DNA from: an uncultured Dehalococcoidia bacterium
GTDB lineage: Bacteria > Chloroflexota > Dehalococcoidia > Lucifugimonadales > UBA3495
Direction: 5' to 3'
NCBI GenBank assembly: GCA_951812625.1
Contig: CATOSP010000002.1
Location: 720,880-784,879 of the forward strand
DNA: 64,000 nucleotides
The notes under the pieces: generated by a model
What the model was told of the DNA's origin: nothing
The model's database searches: none
The model's input: the letters and a program-made list of their open reading frames with translations, nothing else
Shown: positions 1 through 10,083 of the stretch, piece by piece
Position numbering within the stretch: position 1 is the stretch's first letter
Layout: the number at the start of each line of letters is the position of its first letter
Made by a program: the position numbers and the translations under genes

Positions 1-1
1 C

Positions 2-700
2 AACACCGAGCCGGGCAGATGCCAGATCAACACCGATACCAACCGGGCCGGTGGGTCCGGCCTGGGGCTCACCGGGACTGCGGGGGCTCTGCCAACCATC
101 AGCCCCGCCACCGGCTTCGTCGCCGCCAACTGCGACAACGCAGTTGGCGCCGTCTCGTCCATCTACAACGAGCAGGGCGCGGTGATCGGGGAGACCGACG
201 ATGCGGGAGTCGGGACCATCACCACCGGCATCGTGTGGAAGCAGCCGCCAGCCGCCTTCAGCCAGCTCAACTTCCTGAACCGCATCCTGGCCACGCTGCT
301 GGCCCTGGTCGCGGCCATCGGGCTGATCATGAAGACCAAGTCGGCCTACGACTCCTTCTCCCAGGGCGGGTTCGGGGACCTGGGCAAGACCGTGATGGTG
401 GAGGTCACGACCCTGGTGCTGGCGGTGGTGGCGGTCAACCTGGCCCCGACCACCCTGAACATCCTGGCCGGGACGGCCCAGACCTACACCAGCGGCCAGT
501 ACGACTTCAACTTCGTGGGGCTGATCCTCAAGATCGTCTTCGCAATCGTGCCCACCATGCTGCTGATCGGCATCATGGGCCTGATCAGCGGGATGCAGGT
601 CCAGAAGGCCGCCATCAGCGGCGTCGGCAACCTGGCTGGACGGGCGCGGGGATTCGCGGGCGGCGGACGCCGTCGCATGGGCATGATGTACGGGCGCTAG
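2..700 (+). CDS. polytopic membrane protein, 5'-truncated by the window edge (function unknown)
   Basis: Frame 2 is open from the window edge to TAG 698-700, so the listed ORF 182..700 is only its Met-initiated tail. It has three long hydrophobic segments (LATLLALVAAIGLIM, VTTLVLAVVAVNLAP, IVFAIVPTMLLIGIMGLI) and a Gly/Arg-rich tail. Composition is protein-like, unlike the Arg/Pro/Gly-rich overlapping frame 19..774. Confidence 0.55.
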   Translation, partial: NTEPGRCQINTDTNRAGGSGLGLTGTAGALPTISPATGFVAANCDNAVGAVSSIYNEQGAVIGETDDAGVGTITTGIVWKQPPAAFSQLNFLNRILATLLALVAAIGLIMKTKSAYDSFSQGGFGDLGKTVMVEVTTLVLAVVAVNLAPTTLNILAGTAQTYTSGQYDFNFVGLILKIVFAIVPTMLLIGIMGLISGMQVQKAAISGVGNLAGRARGFAGGGRRRMGMMYGR

Positions 701-798
701 GCCCGGCTGTGCCGCTTTCCCTGGAACCACTCCCAGGTGTGCCGTCCCGGACGCCTGGGAGTGGGCCTTACTGATTCTGGAGGTCCGAGGAGCTTTCC

Positions 799-1977
799 AT
801 GTCCGGCGGGAACGTCCTGGCCATTGCGCTGCTGGGGGTGATCATCATCACCATCCTGGCGCTGCTTGTGGCGGGCAACCTCACCGTCCGGGTGGACCCC
901 GAGGAGGACTACGCCGCCCTCTTCCCCGCGCCGGACTCCATCCCCTGGGGGAAGGGCCAGGAGGCAACCATGTGGCTGTCCACCAACCGCAACCACGCGG
1001 ACCTGCGCATCAGCTCCGTTGCCCTGGGCATCGGGCGGATCGACCGGGCATTGCCTGCGGCGGGGCGTGAGCGGTTGGGCCGGGGCGTGGGCTGCCTGGA
1101 CTTCGCGGTGGCCTCTCTCGCGGCCACCGCGATCAGCAGCGCCGCAGGCACCGCGACGCTCACGGGCGAGGTTGAGCGGGCTCCCAGCACCGGCGCGGTG
1201 GTGCTGTACCTGCGGGTCCGGGAGGCCGGGCAGACGGCCTGGAGCGCCGCCAGCGCCTGGACCGTGGGAACGTCCGGGTCCACCTTCTCCATCCCAGGCG
1301 TCGGCGGCTACGACTCCTTCGAGGTCGAGGTGTCCGACACCGGGGAGTTCCACGAGCCGACCACCAGGCGGATCAGCGTGGACACCATCGCCGGGACTGC
1401 CACCGCCGACGGCCGGCTGAGGCAGTTCACGGTGCTGCCGGACACCGTGATCGGCGTAATGGCCTGTTCCGAGCATGACGACGTGGTGATGAGCCTGCAC
1501 GGGGAGGACGGGCGGGAGATCGCCCGCTACGTCGTTGACATAGGCCCGGCCCCCGCGCCTGTGCCCCGGCCCACACCCACCATGTCTCCGGACGCGGGTT
1601 ACGCGGCCCGGCGGGTCTGCGTTGACGACGTGGCCTCCCGCGCCGCCTATCTGGACAGCGGCGAGCTGGCCGGAGCGCCCTTCACCCAGGCCGACTTCGG
1701 CGGCAGGCTGGGCGGGGCCATAGACTCGGCGGCCCTGGCCGCTGCGTCTCCGGGAGACCTGCACGTCCACCACTTCGACCACGAGTTGAGCGGCGGCGCG
1801 GTGCAGCTGAAGGTGAGCGCCCTGGGGTCCAGCGACACCCAGGGGCTGGACGCGGAGCGGGTCTACCCGGTCCGCCTGAACGCCAGGGACGGCGCGGGCG
1901 GGACGGCCTTCCTGGAAGTGGGCGTCTGGCTGGACACGTCGGCGGCATCTCCCGGCGGTGACGGTCAATGCCCGTAG
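799..1977 (+). CDS. N-terminally membrane-anchored protein, unknown function
   Basis: A GAGGAG RBS-like motif lies ~8 nt upstream of ATG 799. There is an N-terminal TM helix (VLAIALLGVIIITILALLVAG). The stop overlaps the next start by 10 nt. No family recognised. Confidence 0.6.
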   Translation: MSGGNVLAIALLGVIIITILALLVAGNLTVRVDPEEDYAALFPAPDSIPWGKGQEATMWLSTNRNHADLRISSVALGIGRIDRALPAAGRERLGRGVGCLDFAVASLAATAISSAAGTATLTGEVERAPSTGAVVLYLRVREAGQTAWSAASAWTVGTSGSTFSIPGVGGYDSFEVEVSDTGEFHEPTTRRISVDTIAGTATADGRLRQFTVLPDTVIGVMACSEHDDVVMSLHGEDGREIARYVVDIGPAPAPVPRPTPTMSPDAGYAARRVCVDDVASRAAYLDSGELAGAPFTQADFGGRLGGAIDSAALAAASPGDLHVHHFDHELSGGAVQLKVSALGSSDTQGLDAERVYPVRLNARDGAGGTAFLEVGVWLDTSAASPGGDGQCP

Positions 1978-2951
1978 CGGACCGCATACAGCGCAGGCGG
2001 CTTGCCCTCACGCTCCTGGCGGCGATGCTTGCCGTCCTGGTCCTGGCGGCGTCCGGGGCGGGGCTGGCCCGTGCCCAGCAGACCCAGCTCACCCTGGACG
2101 ACTTCGACGATGCGGGCCTGGACGTGGAGATCGCGGTCCTGGTCCAGGCGGACGACACCATAACCGGCAGTCTCCTGTGGGCGCGGGGCAGGTTCGGGGA
2201 CGCCGGGACACTCCTGGACGGGGGAAGTTCCGGCGTCATTCCCATGCTCTCAGACCCTGCCCATTCCGACGACCCCTCGGAAAACGGCGGCAACCTGATC
2301 CGCATCAGGAGGAACGATGGCGGGGCCGTCGTCATCAACGACGACGGGACTCTCGGACTCAGACCCTACTTCGGCACCGGCGGGGCGGGGAGTGACCTGC
2401 GCATCTACTTCCAGACCCAGGACGACGGCGCGGCCCACACCGCCGTCTCGGACTCCGGCGTCCGGGGGGACGGCGGCGGGGGCTACCAGGTCTTCAACCT
2501 GAACTCGGAGACGGAGGCGGTGGTCAACGCCATATCCGGGGGTGAGAGGTACATCTTCGCCCTGGCTAGGCCGGGGGCTCCCGCCTTCACCGCCGGGACC
2601 GCCGACCGGGAGGTTGCCGAGAACCAGCCCTCCGGGACCAACGTGGGAGCTGCGGTGACGGCCACGGACCCGCAGGGCGAGACCGTCAGCTACTCCATAA
2701 CCGGGAGCAACCCGGCGGGCTTCACCGTCACCAGCGCCGGGCAGATTCAGACCGGGCAGGAGCTGGACCATGAGGCCGCTCCCAGCTACACCGTCACGCT
2801 CCGGGCCGAGGACCCCGGCGGTCTCTACAGCACCATCGAAGTGACGGTCAGCGTCACCAACGTGAACGAAGTCCCGGCATTCGATTCGGATACGGCGACC
2901 CGCAGCGTCGATGAGAACTCGCCGGGCGGGACCAACGTGGGGGACCGGTGA
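1968..2951 (+). CDS. giant cadherin-repeat surface protein, N-terminal fragment (signal peptide plus first repeats); interrupted by a frame change
   Basis: Sec-type signal (RRRLALTLLAAMLAVLVLAASGAGLARAQQ) followed by cadherin-type repeats (VAENQPSGTNVGAAVTATDPQGETVSYSI; NEVPAFDSDTATRSVDENSPGGTNVG). It stops at TGA 2949-2951 in the middle of a repeat. The repeat consensus NVG-x-PVTATDPDSD continues in ORF 2948..7378, one base out of frame. Confidence 0.7.
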   Translation: MPVADRIQRRRLALTLLAAMLAVLVLAASGAGLARAQQTQLTLDDFDDAGLDVEIAVLVQADDTITGSLLWARGRFGDAGTLLDGGSSGVIPMLSDPAHSDDPSENGGNLIRIRRNDGGAVVINDDGTLGLRPYFGTGGAGSDLRIYFQTQDDGAAHTAVSDSGVRGDGGGGYQVFNLNSETEAVVNAISGGERYIFALARPGAPAFTAGTADREVAENQPSGTNVGAAVTATDPQGETVSYSITGSNPAGFTVTSAGQIQTGQELDHEAAPSYTVTLRAEDPGGLYSTIEVTVSVTNVNEVPAFDSDTATRSVDENSPGGTNVGDR

Positions 2952-5900
2952 CGGCCACCGACCCGGACTCGGACCCCCTGGAGTACGCCGTCAGCGGTTC
3001 CCTGTTCGACATCGACTCCGGCACGGGCCAGATCAGCGTGGCGGACGGCGCGTCACTGAACTACGAGGTTGCGGTGCGCCACACCGTTACGGTGACGGCC
3101 AGCGACCCGGATGCGGAGTCGGACACCATCGAGGTTACGGTTGACCTGGTCAACCTGGACGACGCCCCGGCCATCAGGCCCGACCCGTCGTCGCTGGAGG
3201 CGGGGCTCAACACGAACCAGCAGTTCACGGTATCGGCGCGGACCGGCGTACAGAACGTGCTGGTGACGGCCACCAGCTCAGGCATCGGCGAGATGAGGTT
3301 GCAGGCCACGGAGACGGGCCTGACCTGCACAGTCACCGCGACCGAGATTACCGTTGCCTCCGGGGGCAGCTTCTACGGGCGCTTCTGCGCCGAGGGCACG
3401 GTATTCCTCCGCGCTGCCGAGGCCGCCAGTGCGGTCGATGTGCGCAGCTACACGGTGTCCATCGGCCCGGAACCTGACACCGCGCCGGGGCAGGTGAGCG
3501 GACTGACAGCCGAGACCGGGCCGGGAGCCGGGGAGGTCACCCTGTCCTGGACCGCGCCCGGCGACGACGGCGGCAGCGAGATCACCCGCTACGAGTACGC
3601 GCTGTTCTATACGGGCTATGAGAACGTGGGCACCTGGACCTCCACGGGCGGCACGGCGGTCTCCCATGTGGTCACGGGCCTTACCAGATACGGGGTGGAG
3701 CACCAGTTCTGGGTGCGGGCCGTCAACGACATCGGAGAGGGGGCCAGCTCCACGTCCGCCAGGGCGACCCCGTCCGCCACGGCTATGGTCAACAACCCGC
3801 CGTCCTTCTCCCACGACTCCTACGAGTTCTCCGTGGCGGAGAACTCCCCCCAGGGGACCGAGGTGGGCACGGCGGCGGCAACCGACTCCGACGATGGGGC
3901 GACCATATCCTACAGCCTGTCCGGGACCGGGGCTGTCAACTTCAGCATCGGCAGCTCTGGCGGCATCACGGTGGCGGCAGGGGCGGCGCTTGACCACGAG
4001 ACGACGCCCAGCTACGCCCTGACCGCCACGGCAACGGACAACAGGAGCGCCACGGACACGGCCTCCATAACCATCGACGTGGACGATGTGAACGAGGCCC
4101 CGGCCTTCGCCACGGAGACCGCAACCCGGAGCGTTGCGGAGAACTCCGCTGCCGATACCAACGTGGGCGCTCCGGTGACGGCCAGCGACGAGGACCTGGA
4201 CAGCCTGGTCTACAGCCTCTCCGGTCCCACGGCCTTCACCATCGTAAGGGACACGGGCCAGATACGGGTTGCGGCCAACGCCGCCCTGGACCACGAGACG
4301 ACGGACAGCTACGACGTGACGGTGACGGCCACCGATCCGTCGGGCGCGGCGGGCTCCATCACCGTGACCATCGGCATAGACGACGTGAACGAGGCCCCGG
4401 CCTTCGCCACGGAGACCGCAACCCGGAACGTGGCGGAGAACTCCGCTGCCGATACCAACGTGGGCGCTCCGGTGGCGGCCACCGACCCGGACTCGGACAC
4501 CCTGGTCTACAGCCTCTCCGGTACCACGGCCTTCACCATCGCAAGGGACACCGGCCAGATACGGGTTGCGGCCAACGCCGCCCTGGACCACGAGACGACG
4601 GACAGCTACGACGTGACGGTGACGGCCACCGACCCGTCAGGCGCGGCGGACTCCATCACCGTGACCATTGACATAGACGACGTGAACGAGGCCCCGGCCT
4701 TCGCCACGGAGACCGCAACCCGGAGCGTTGCGGAGAACTCCGGCGCGGGTACGGACGTGGGCGCTCCGGTGACGGCCAGCGACCCGGACTCGGACACCCT
4801 GGTCTACAGCCTCTCCGGTCCCACGGCCTTCACCATCGTAAGGGACACGGGCCAGATACGGGTTGCCGCCAACGCCGCCCTGGACCACGAGACGACGGAC
4901 AGCTACGACGTGACGGTGACGGCCACCGACCCGTCAGGCGCGTCAGACTCCATCACCGTGACCATTGACATAGACGACGTGAACGAGACCCCGGCCTTCG
5001 GCTCCCGGACAGTGGCCCTTCGGGTAGACGAAGGGGCCGGGGCAGGGACCAGCGTGGGCGCTCCGGTGACGGCCACGGACCCGGACGGGGACACCCTGGT
5101 CTACAGCCTGAGCGGGGGTGACGCCGCCTCTTTCAGCATCTCCAGCGCCGGACAACTCACGGTGGCCACCGGAATCACCCTTGGGGCCAGGGGGACGATC
5201 TACTCCGTTACCGTCACGGCCAGGGACCCTTCCGGGGCCACCGCCGTCACCGCCGTCACCATCACCGCAACCAGGGTGAACCAGGCTCCGGCCTTCGGCT
5301 CGGAGACCACAAGCCGCAGCGTGGCGGAGAACTCCGGGGAAGGGACAGACGTGGGCGCTCCGGTGACGGCCACCGACATCGACAACGACACCCTGGAGTA
5401 CGGCCTGTCCGGTACCACGGCCTTCACCATCGTAAGGGGCACGGGCCAGATACAGGTTGCCGCCGGGGTTGATCTGGACCACGAAAGCACGGACAGCTAC
5501 GACGTGACGGTGACGGCCACCGACCCGTCGGGCGCGTCGGACTCCATCAGCGTGACCATCGGCGTGGACGACGTGAACGAGGCCCCGGCCTTCGCGTCCG
5601 CCACCACGTCCAGGGACATAAACGAGAACTCGCCTCCGGCCACCACCCTGGGAGAATCGGGCATCACCGCGACGGACCCCGAGGGCGACACCCTGGTATA
5701 CAGCCTGAGCGGGTCCGATGCGTTTGAGGTGGTGTCCGGGACGGGCGTGATCCGCGTGGCGGCGGGGGCCGTCCTGGACTTCGAGACCACCCCCTCATAC
5801 GGGCTGGCGCTGACGGCCACGGACCCCCTGGGACTCTCCGGCAGCATCACCGTCACCGCCAGCCTGAGCGACGTGAACGACGCCCCGGCCTTCGTCCCAA

Positions 5901-7378
5901 ACGCGGTTGACCGGGAGGTGGCGGAGAACTCCCCCGCCGATACCAACGTGGGCGCTCCCGTGACTGCCGTAGACCAGGACCTGGACACCCTGGTCTACAG
6001 CCTCTCCGGTCCCACGGCCTTCACCATCGCAAGGGACACGGGCCAGATTCGGGTCGCGTCCGGGGCTGACCTGGACCACGAGGGAACGTCCTCCTACAAC
6101 GTGACCGTCTCGGCCACCGACCCGTCCGGGGCGACGGGCGCGGCGACGGTCACGATCAGCGTCACCGACGCCAACGAAGCTCCGGCCTTCGCCCGGAAAG
6201 CGGTCGACCGGGAGGTGGCGGAGAACTCCGGGGCCGGGACGGACGTGGGCGCTCCGGTGACGGCCACCGACCCCGACAACGACGCCCTGGAATACAGCCT
6301 TGGCGGGGCCGGGGCTGTCAACTTCAGCATCGTGAGGGATACCGGCCAGGTACGGGTGGGAGTGGGGGTCCACCTGAATTTCGAGAGGAGGGATTCCTAC
6401 AGCGTCACGGTGACGGCGCGGGACCCGTCCGGGGCTACGGCGTCAATCAGAGTCAATGTCGCGGTCGGCGACGTGAACGAGGCCCCGGTGTTCATGCGGG
6501 ACAGCGTGGACCGTGACATCGACGAGAACTCCGCCGCCGGGACCGGCCTGGGCGCGGCCCTGACCGCCACGGACGAAGACGGGGACGGCCTGACCTACAG
6601 CCTGAGCGGTTCCCCCGCCTTCGAGCTGGCCCAGAACGGCCAGGTGCGGGTAGCTCCCGACGCCGTCCTGGACCACGAGGCGACGCCCCGCCACACCCTG
6701 ACCCTGACTGCCCGCGACCCGGAGGGGTTGAGCGGAAGCGCCAGGATCAATGTGGAGGTCAACGACGTGAATGACGCCCCCCGGTTCCGGTCCGGCTCGT
6801 TCAGCTTCTCCCTGCACGACAACACCGGGGGCGGGACCAACTTCGGAAGGCCGGTGATTGCCACGGACCAGGACGGGGACGCCCTGGACTACAGCCTGGG
6901 CGGTGCCGACGCCGTGACCTTCAGGATCAGCCCGGACGGGCAGCTCTCCGTGGCCCGTGGCACCACCATAGGGGCCGCTGGCAGCTCCTACAGCTTCACC
7001 ATCACGGCGAGAGACCCGTCGGGCGCAACGGTGACCGCCCTGGTGACGGTCGCCGTCACCGCCTACGTGCCGGAGGACCTGGACGGCCCGCCCACCAGGA
7101 GCGCCAGGTCCATGCTCTGCATGGGCTTCCCCGGCTGTCCTGACAGCTACCTGTTCCTGTTCCCGACCCTGGCGGTGGCCGGGGCTTCCACGGCGTCCTG
7201 GAAGTTCAGGAACCGGCGCAAGCTGCCCAGCGTCTACGCCCTGATAGGACTCTGGGGCGGCAGCGTCCTGGTCACCGCAGTCCTGGTGAAGGCGGACCCG
7301 CTGCTGGCCGGAGTGTTCATCATCGTGCCGGTATTCGTGGGAGTGATCTGGCTGGCCCTCGGAGGGGCCAGGCGATGA
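2948..7378 (+). CDS. giant cadherin-repeat / FN3 surface protein with C-terminal membrane anchor (continuation of 1968..2951)
   Basis: 1476-codon ORF with about a dozen ~99-aa cadherin-like repeats (NEAPAF..R.V.ENS..GT.VG.PV.A.D.D.D.L.Y.L.G..F.I....G.I.V....LDHE....Y.V.V.A.DP.G). There is one FN3 module (PGQVSGLTAETGPGAGEVTLSWTAPGDDGGSEITRYEY...WVRAVNDIGEG). C-terminal hydrophobic helices are present (LIGLWGGSVLVTAVLV, GVFIIVPVFVGVIWLALGG). The GTG 'start' is internal to a repeat. Confidence 0.85.
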   Translation: MTATDPDSDPLEYAVSGSLFDIDSGTGQISVADGASLNYEVAVRHTVTVTASDPDAESDTIEVTVDLVNLDDAPAIRPDPSSLEAGLNTNQQFTVSARTGVQNVLVTATSSGIGEMRLQATETGLTCTVTATEITVASGGSFYGRFCAEGTVFLRAAEAASAVDVRSYTVSIGPEPDTAPGQVSGLTAETGPGAGEVTLSWTAPGDDGGSEITRYEYALFYTGYENVGTWTSTGGTAVSHVVTGLTRYGVEHQFWVRAVNDIGEGASSTSARATPSATAMVNNPPSFSHDSYEFSVAENSPQGTEVGTAAATDSDDGATISYSLSGTGAVNFSIGSSGGITVAAGAALDHETTPSYALTATATDNRSATDTASITIDVDDVNEAPAFATETATRSVAENSAADTNVGAPVTASDEDLDSLVYSLSGPTAFTIVRDTGQIRVAANAALDHETTDSYDVTVTATDPSGAAGSITVTIGIDDVNEAPAFATETATRNVAENSAADTNVGAPVAATDPDSDTLVYSLSGTTAFTIARDTGQIRVAANAALDHETTDSYDVTVTATDPSGAADSITVTIDIDDVNEAPAFATETATRSVAENSGAGTDVGAPVTASDPDSDTLVYSLSGPTAFTIVRDTGQIRVAANAALDHETTDSYDVTVTATDPSGASDSITVTIDIDDVNETPAFGSRTVALRVDEGAGAGTSVGAPVTATDPDGDTLVYSLSGGDAASFSISSAGQLTVATGITLGARGTIYSVTVTARDPSGATAVTAVTITATRVNQAPAFGSETTSRSVAENSGEGTDVGAPVTATDIDNDTLEYGLSGTTAFTIVRGTGQIQVAAGVDLDHESTDSYDVTVTATDPSGASDSISVTIGVDDVNEAPAFASATTSRDINENSPPATTLGESGITATDPEGDTLVYSLSGSDAFEVVSGTGVIRVAAGAVLDFETTPSYGLALTATDPLGLSGSITVTASLSDVNDAPAFVPNAVDREVAENSPADTNVGAPVTAVDQDLDTLVYSLSGPTAFTIARDTGQIRVASGADLDHEGTSSYNVTVSATDPSGATGAATVTISVTDANEAPAFARKAVDREVAENSGAGTDVGAPVTATDPDNDALEYSLGGAGAVNFSIVRDTGQVRVGVGVHLNFERRDSYSVTVTARDPSGATASIRVNVAVGDVNEAPVFMRDSVDRDIDENSAAGTGLGAALTATDEDGDGLTYSLSGSPAFELAQNGQVRVAPDAVLDHEATPRHTLTLTARDPEGLSGSARINVEVNDVNDAPRFRSGSFSFSLHDNTGGGTNFGRPVIATDQDGDALDYSLGGADAVTFRISPDGQLSVARGTTIGAAGSSYSFTITARDPSGATVTALVTVAVTAYVPEDLDGPPTRSARSMLCMGFPGCPDSYLFLFPTLAVAGASTASWKFRNRRKLPSVYALIGLWGGSVLVTAVLVKADPLLAGVFIIVPVFVGVIWLALGGARR
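4088..4978 (+). repeat. three near-identical 297-bp tandem units (99-aa cadherin repeats) inside the adhesin gene
   Basis: The string gtgaacgaggccccggccttcgccacggagaccgcaacccgga recurs at 4088, 4385 and 4682 (a diverged copy at 4979), giving an exact 297-bp period. The units differ at only scattered positions. Confidence 0.9.
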
Positions 7379-10083
7379 GGCGGTACGGATGGGCAGCGCC
7401 TGGCGAAGGGCCAAGGACGGGAACTGTCCTGGTGCTTGCTGGGCTGCTGGCGCTCGTCTTGGGCGCACTGTTCCAGGCATCCGGTCCTCCACCTGTCAAG
7501 GCTGAACTCACTCAACTGACATGCAACACCAGCGCAATCACCTCTACCCGCCTTTCCGTATACATCCGTTACGACGTCAACGGAACAATCAATTATCGCT
7601 GGCGGGAAGCCGGCACCTCTTCCTGGGATAGCAGCGCATCGGTCGGCGGAGGCACTCCAGGTACCCTCCGCAACTTTGAACTTACCAGGAATGCCGAGCC
7701 TGACACAACCTACGAAATCCGGGCCCACCAGGGCGGCAGCTTCAGCGATCCCGATTTCGGGATCACCTGCCGCACGAAGCCAGTCCCCAACCACGCGCCC
7801 GTCTTCTCAGAAACAACCCTTTCCCTGGGCCTGCCCCACGACACGGCGGCTGGCGGCAGCTTTGGAGACGCGGTTACGGCCACAGACCAGGACGGCGACA
7901 CCCTCACGTACACACTTGGCGGGACCGACGCCTCCAGCTTCAGCATCAGCTCCGCCGGGCAACTCAGCCTGGCATCCGGGGTGTCTCCGGGCGCGGTCAA
8001 GACCACCTACAACATCATAGTCACGGTCAGGGACACCAAGAACGCCTCGGACACCATCTCCGTGACCATCACCGTAACCGGCCCCTTCGCTCCCGAAATA
8101 GCCGGTGTATCCTCGGCAGGCGTGGTCTCCGTCCCGGACTACTACTACGTCCCTGGCGTCACCAACACAATGTACATCCACGTCTGCGACACCCTCCAGG
8201 GCGGCGGCTGCGTCGTCTCCACCTTCACGCTTTCCAACGGTTCCCGGACCAGCTTCGACGTGTCGGACAACTCCAACTGGCCCGGAGGCGGCGTCGGGAC
8301 CAGGTACGTCCGCGCCCGGACCCTGAACGACGCGAGCTACACGGCCTACAGCGCGTATACGGAGTACGGCCTGCTGCCCACGACCCCGGTGATCAGCTCC
8401 GTGTCCGTGGCGGGCGTGGTGACGATGGGCCGGTACTTCTACCAGGCCGGGGCCAGCAACATCCTGTACCTCTACGTCTGCAACAACCTGGAGGCTGCGG
8501 GGTGCGTCTCCAGCAGCTTCACCCTCAGCGGCCCCTCCGAGACGGCCTTCGACATATCGGGCAACTCCAACTGGGACGGCCTCTCCACCCGGCACGTCCG
8601 GGCCAGGACGCTCAACAACGTCTTCAGCCAGTACAGCCCCTTCGTCTCCTTCATCGCCTCGGAGCAGCCCTGCCGGGAGGCCAACAACCCGCCCTACTTC
8701 CTGGGGGAGCTGCCCCTGGCCGCAGGCTCAGTGCTGACCCATTCCGGTTACGTTTCCGGCAGCGTGGACGACGCCCCCTGCACCGACGCCGACGGACATT
8801 CCGCGGTCTATCTCCGCTTCGCCGTCGCCGCCGGGGAGGACGGCGCGGTGAAGGTCGAGGCCAGGCGCGGCACCTCTGGCATGAAGCCGGACCTGCTCAT
8901 GCGCTCCGGCGACGCCTACACCGGCGCGGCCCTGTTCCGGGACATCCGAAGCTCGGAGGACGATGCCCTGGCGTCGGGCCTGGTGGACGCCGGGACCTAC
9001 ACCCTGCAGCTCAGGGCCGGGACCGCCCTGGCCGGTGAGCCGGAAGGGGCCGGAGGCCCGTACAGCGTCACCATCACCCGCCTCCAGCCGTCTCTCACAT
9101 CCAGCTCGGCCCAGGCCACGTCCATCTCCACCATGTGGGACGTTGGGGCCGCAACCTCAACCGGCTCCGGCAACCAGGCGGGGCTGGCCGTCAAGGTCGA
9201 GTACCGGGAAGACTCCGAACAGACCTGGACCACCGCAGATGCGTCCCTCATCCCGATGGACCAGACTCAGACAGTGACCAGCACCGTCACGGGGCTCACC
9301 TTCGGCTACACCTACCACGTCCGGGCCGCCTACACCAACTCCGGCCAGTACATCGAGACCGGCGGCATCCTGACGCGGGCCAACATCCTGCTGTCGGGAG
9401 CGCCCTACGGCGTGGAGGCCGACGCCGTGCTGGTGGACGAGGCAACGCACAAGTACGAGATACGGGCGGCGTGGGAGACCCCGCCCATAGTGGCCGACGA
9501 CAACATCCAGTGGGGCTACGCCACCAGGATCGACGGCGGGAGGACCGTTCCGAACGCGCCCATGCGGGAACACGTCCAGGAGACGGTGTTCCTGTACGAG
9601 GCAAGCGCGGTCCGGGGAGGCGTCCTGACCGTCGAGGTGATCAACGCCTTCGAGTGCCTGGCCCCGGACGAGTCCGAGGCCAACCCCTGGACCTCATGCA
9701 GCCTGACCTACAACGAGCGGGACTACATGCTGCCGGTGGGCTCCTACTGGTCAACCCCCTGGTCCGCCCCGGCCCTGGTGCAGATAGCGGCCCCGGCATT
9801 CACCGCCGGGACCACGGCGATGGACGAAGAACCGGAACAGGCCGTCACCCAGGCCATAGACCTTCTGCTCGGGATCGCCGGGGTGGACGAAGAGGACCGG
9901 CCCTCAAAGGCCCTCTCCGTGCTGCTCTGCACCGCCCTGGCGCTGTCGGCGGGGGTGGGCATAGCCCACAAGACCGGGGGCATGAAGCTGGCCCCGGTCT
10001 TGTGGGCACGGGGATCGGCTACACCATCTGGGGCGGACTGGGGCCGGTGCTGTTCGGCGTACCCGCAGCTCTGGTGGCGGTAA
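7375..10083 (+). CDS. large surface protein (FN3-like, cadherin repeat, paired 2-Cys modules, PPC-like module) with membrane segments
   Basis: ATGA start/stop overlap with the upstream gene. N-terminal anchor GTVLVLAGLLALVLGALF. One cadherin repeat (NHAPVFSETTLSL...VTATDQDGDTLTYTLGGTDASSFSI). Two paralogous ~100-aa modules (YIHVCDTLQGGGCVVSTFTLSNG / YLYVCNNLEAAGCVSSSFTLSGP). A TM helix (ALSVLLCTALALSAGVGIA) sits near the end. The last ~25 codons (WARGSATPSGADWGRCCSAYPQLWWR) look out of frame. Confidence 0.75.
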   Translation: MRRYGWAAPGEGPRTGTVLVLAGLLALVLGALFQASGPPPVKAELTQLTCNTSAITSTRLSVYIRYDVNGTINYRWREAGTSSWDSSASVGGGTPGTLRNFELTRNAEPDTTYEIRAHQGGSFSDPDFGITCRTKPVPNHAPVFSETTLSLGLPHDTAAGGSFGDAVTATDQDGDTLTYTLGGTDASSFSISSAGQLSLASGVSPGAVKTTYNIIVTVRDTKNASDTISVTITVTGPFAPEIAGVSSAGVVSVPDYYYVPGVTNTMYIHVCDTLQGGGCVVSTFTLSNGSRTSFDVSDNSNWPGGGVGTRYVRARTLNDASYTAYSAYTEYGLLPTTPVISSVSVAGVVTMGRYFYQAGASNILYLYVCNNLEAAGCVSSSFTLSGPSETAFDISGNSNWDGLSTRHVRARTLNNVFSQYSPFVSFIASEQPCREANNPPYFLGELPLAAGSVLTHSGYVSGSVDDAPCTDADGHSAVYLRFAVAAGEDGAVKVEARRGTSGMKPDLLMRSGDAYTGAALFRDIRSSEDDALASGLVDAGTYTLQLRAGTALAGEPEGAGGPYSVTITRLQPSLTSSSAQATSISTMWDVGAATSTGSGNQAGLAVKVEYREDSEQTWTTADASLIPMDQTQTVTSTVTGLTFGYTYHVRAAYTNSGQYIETGGILTRANILLSGAPYGVEADAVLVDEATHKYEIRAAWETPPIVADDNIQWGYATRIDGGRTVPNAPMREHVQETVFLYEASAVRGGVLTVEVINAFECLAPDESEANPWTSCSLTYNERDYMLPVGSYWSTPWSAPALVQIAAPAFTAGTTAMDEEPEQAVTQAIDLLLGIAGVDEEDRPSKALSVLLCTALALSAGVGIAHKTGGMKLAPVLWARGSATPSGADWGRCCSAYPQLWWR

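Noticed and set aside
19-774. 251-aa ORF in frame 1 at the window start.
   Set aside because: Its composition is Arg/Gly/Pro/His-rich nonsense. The overlapping frame 2 encodes a convincing membrane protein.
2939-2943. Poly-G phase variation as the primary explanation for the adhesin frame break.
   Set aside because: A 5/6-G tract is short compared with known phase-variable tracts, and similar one-base breaks occur in non-surface genes of this window. I keep it only as a minor alternative under the frameshift finding.
9135-10001. The N-terminal ~290 codons of ORF 9135..10532, which would make a 465-aa gene.
   Set aside because: Upstream of ~9990 this frame is Arg/Gly-rich and overlaps well-structured FN3-like sequence of gene 7375..10083. 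Only the part from ~10000 onward looks coding.
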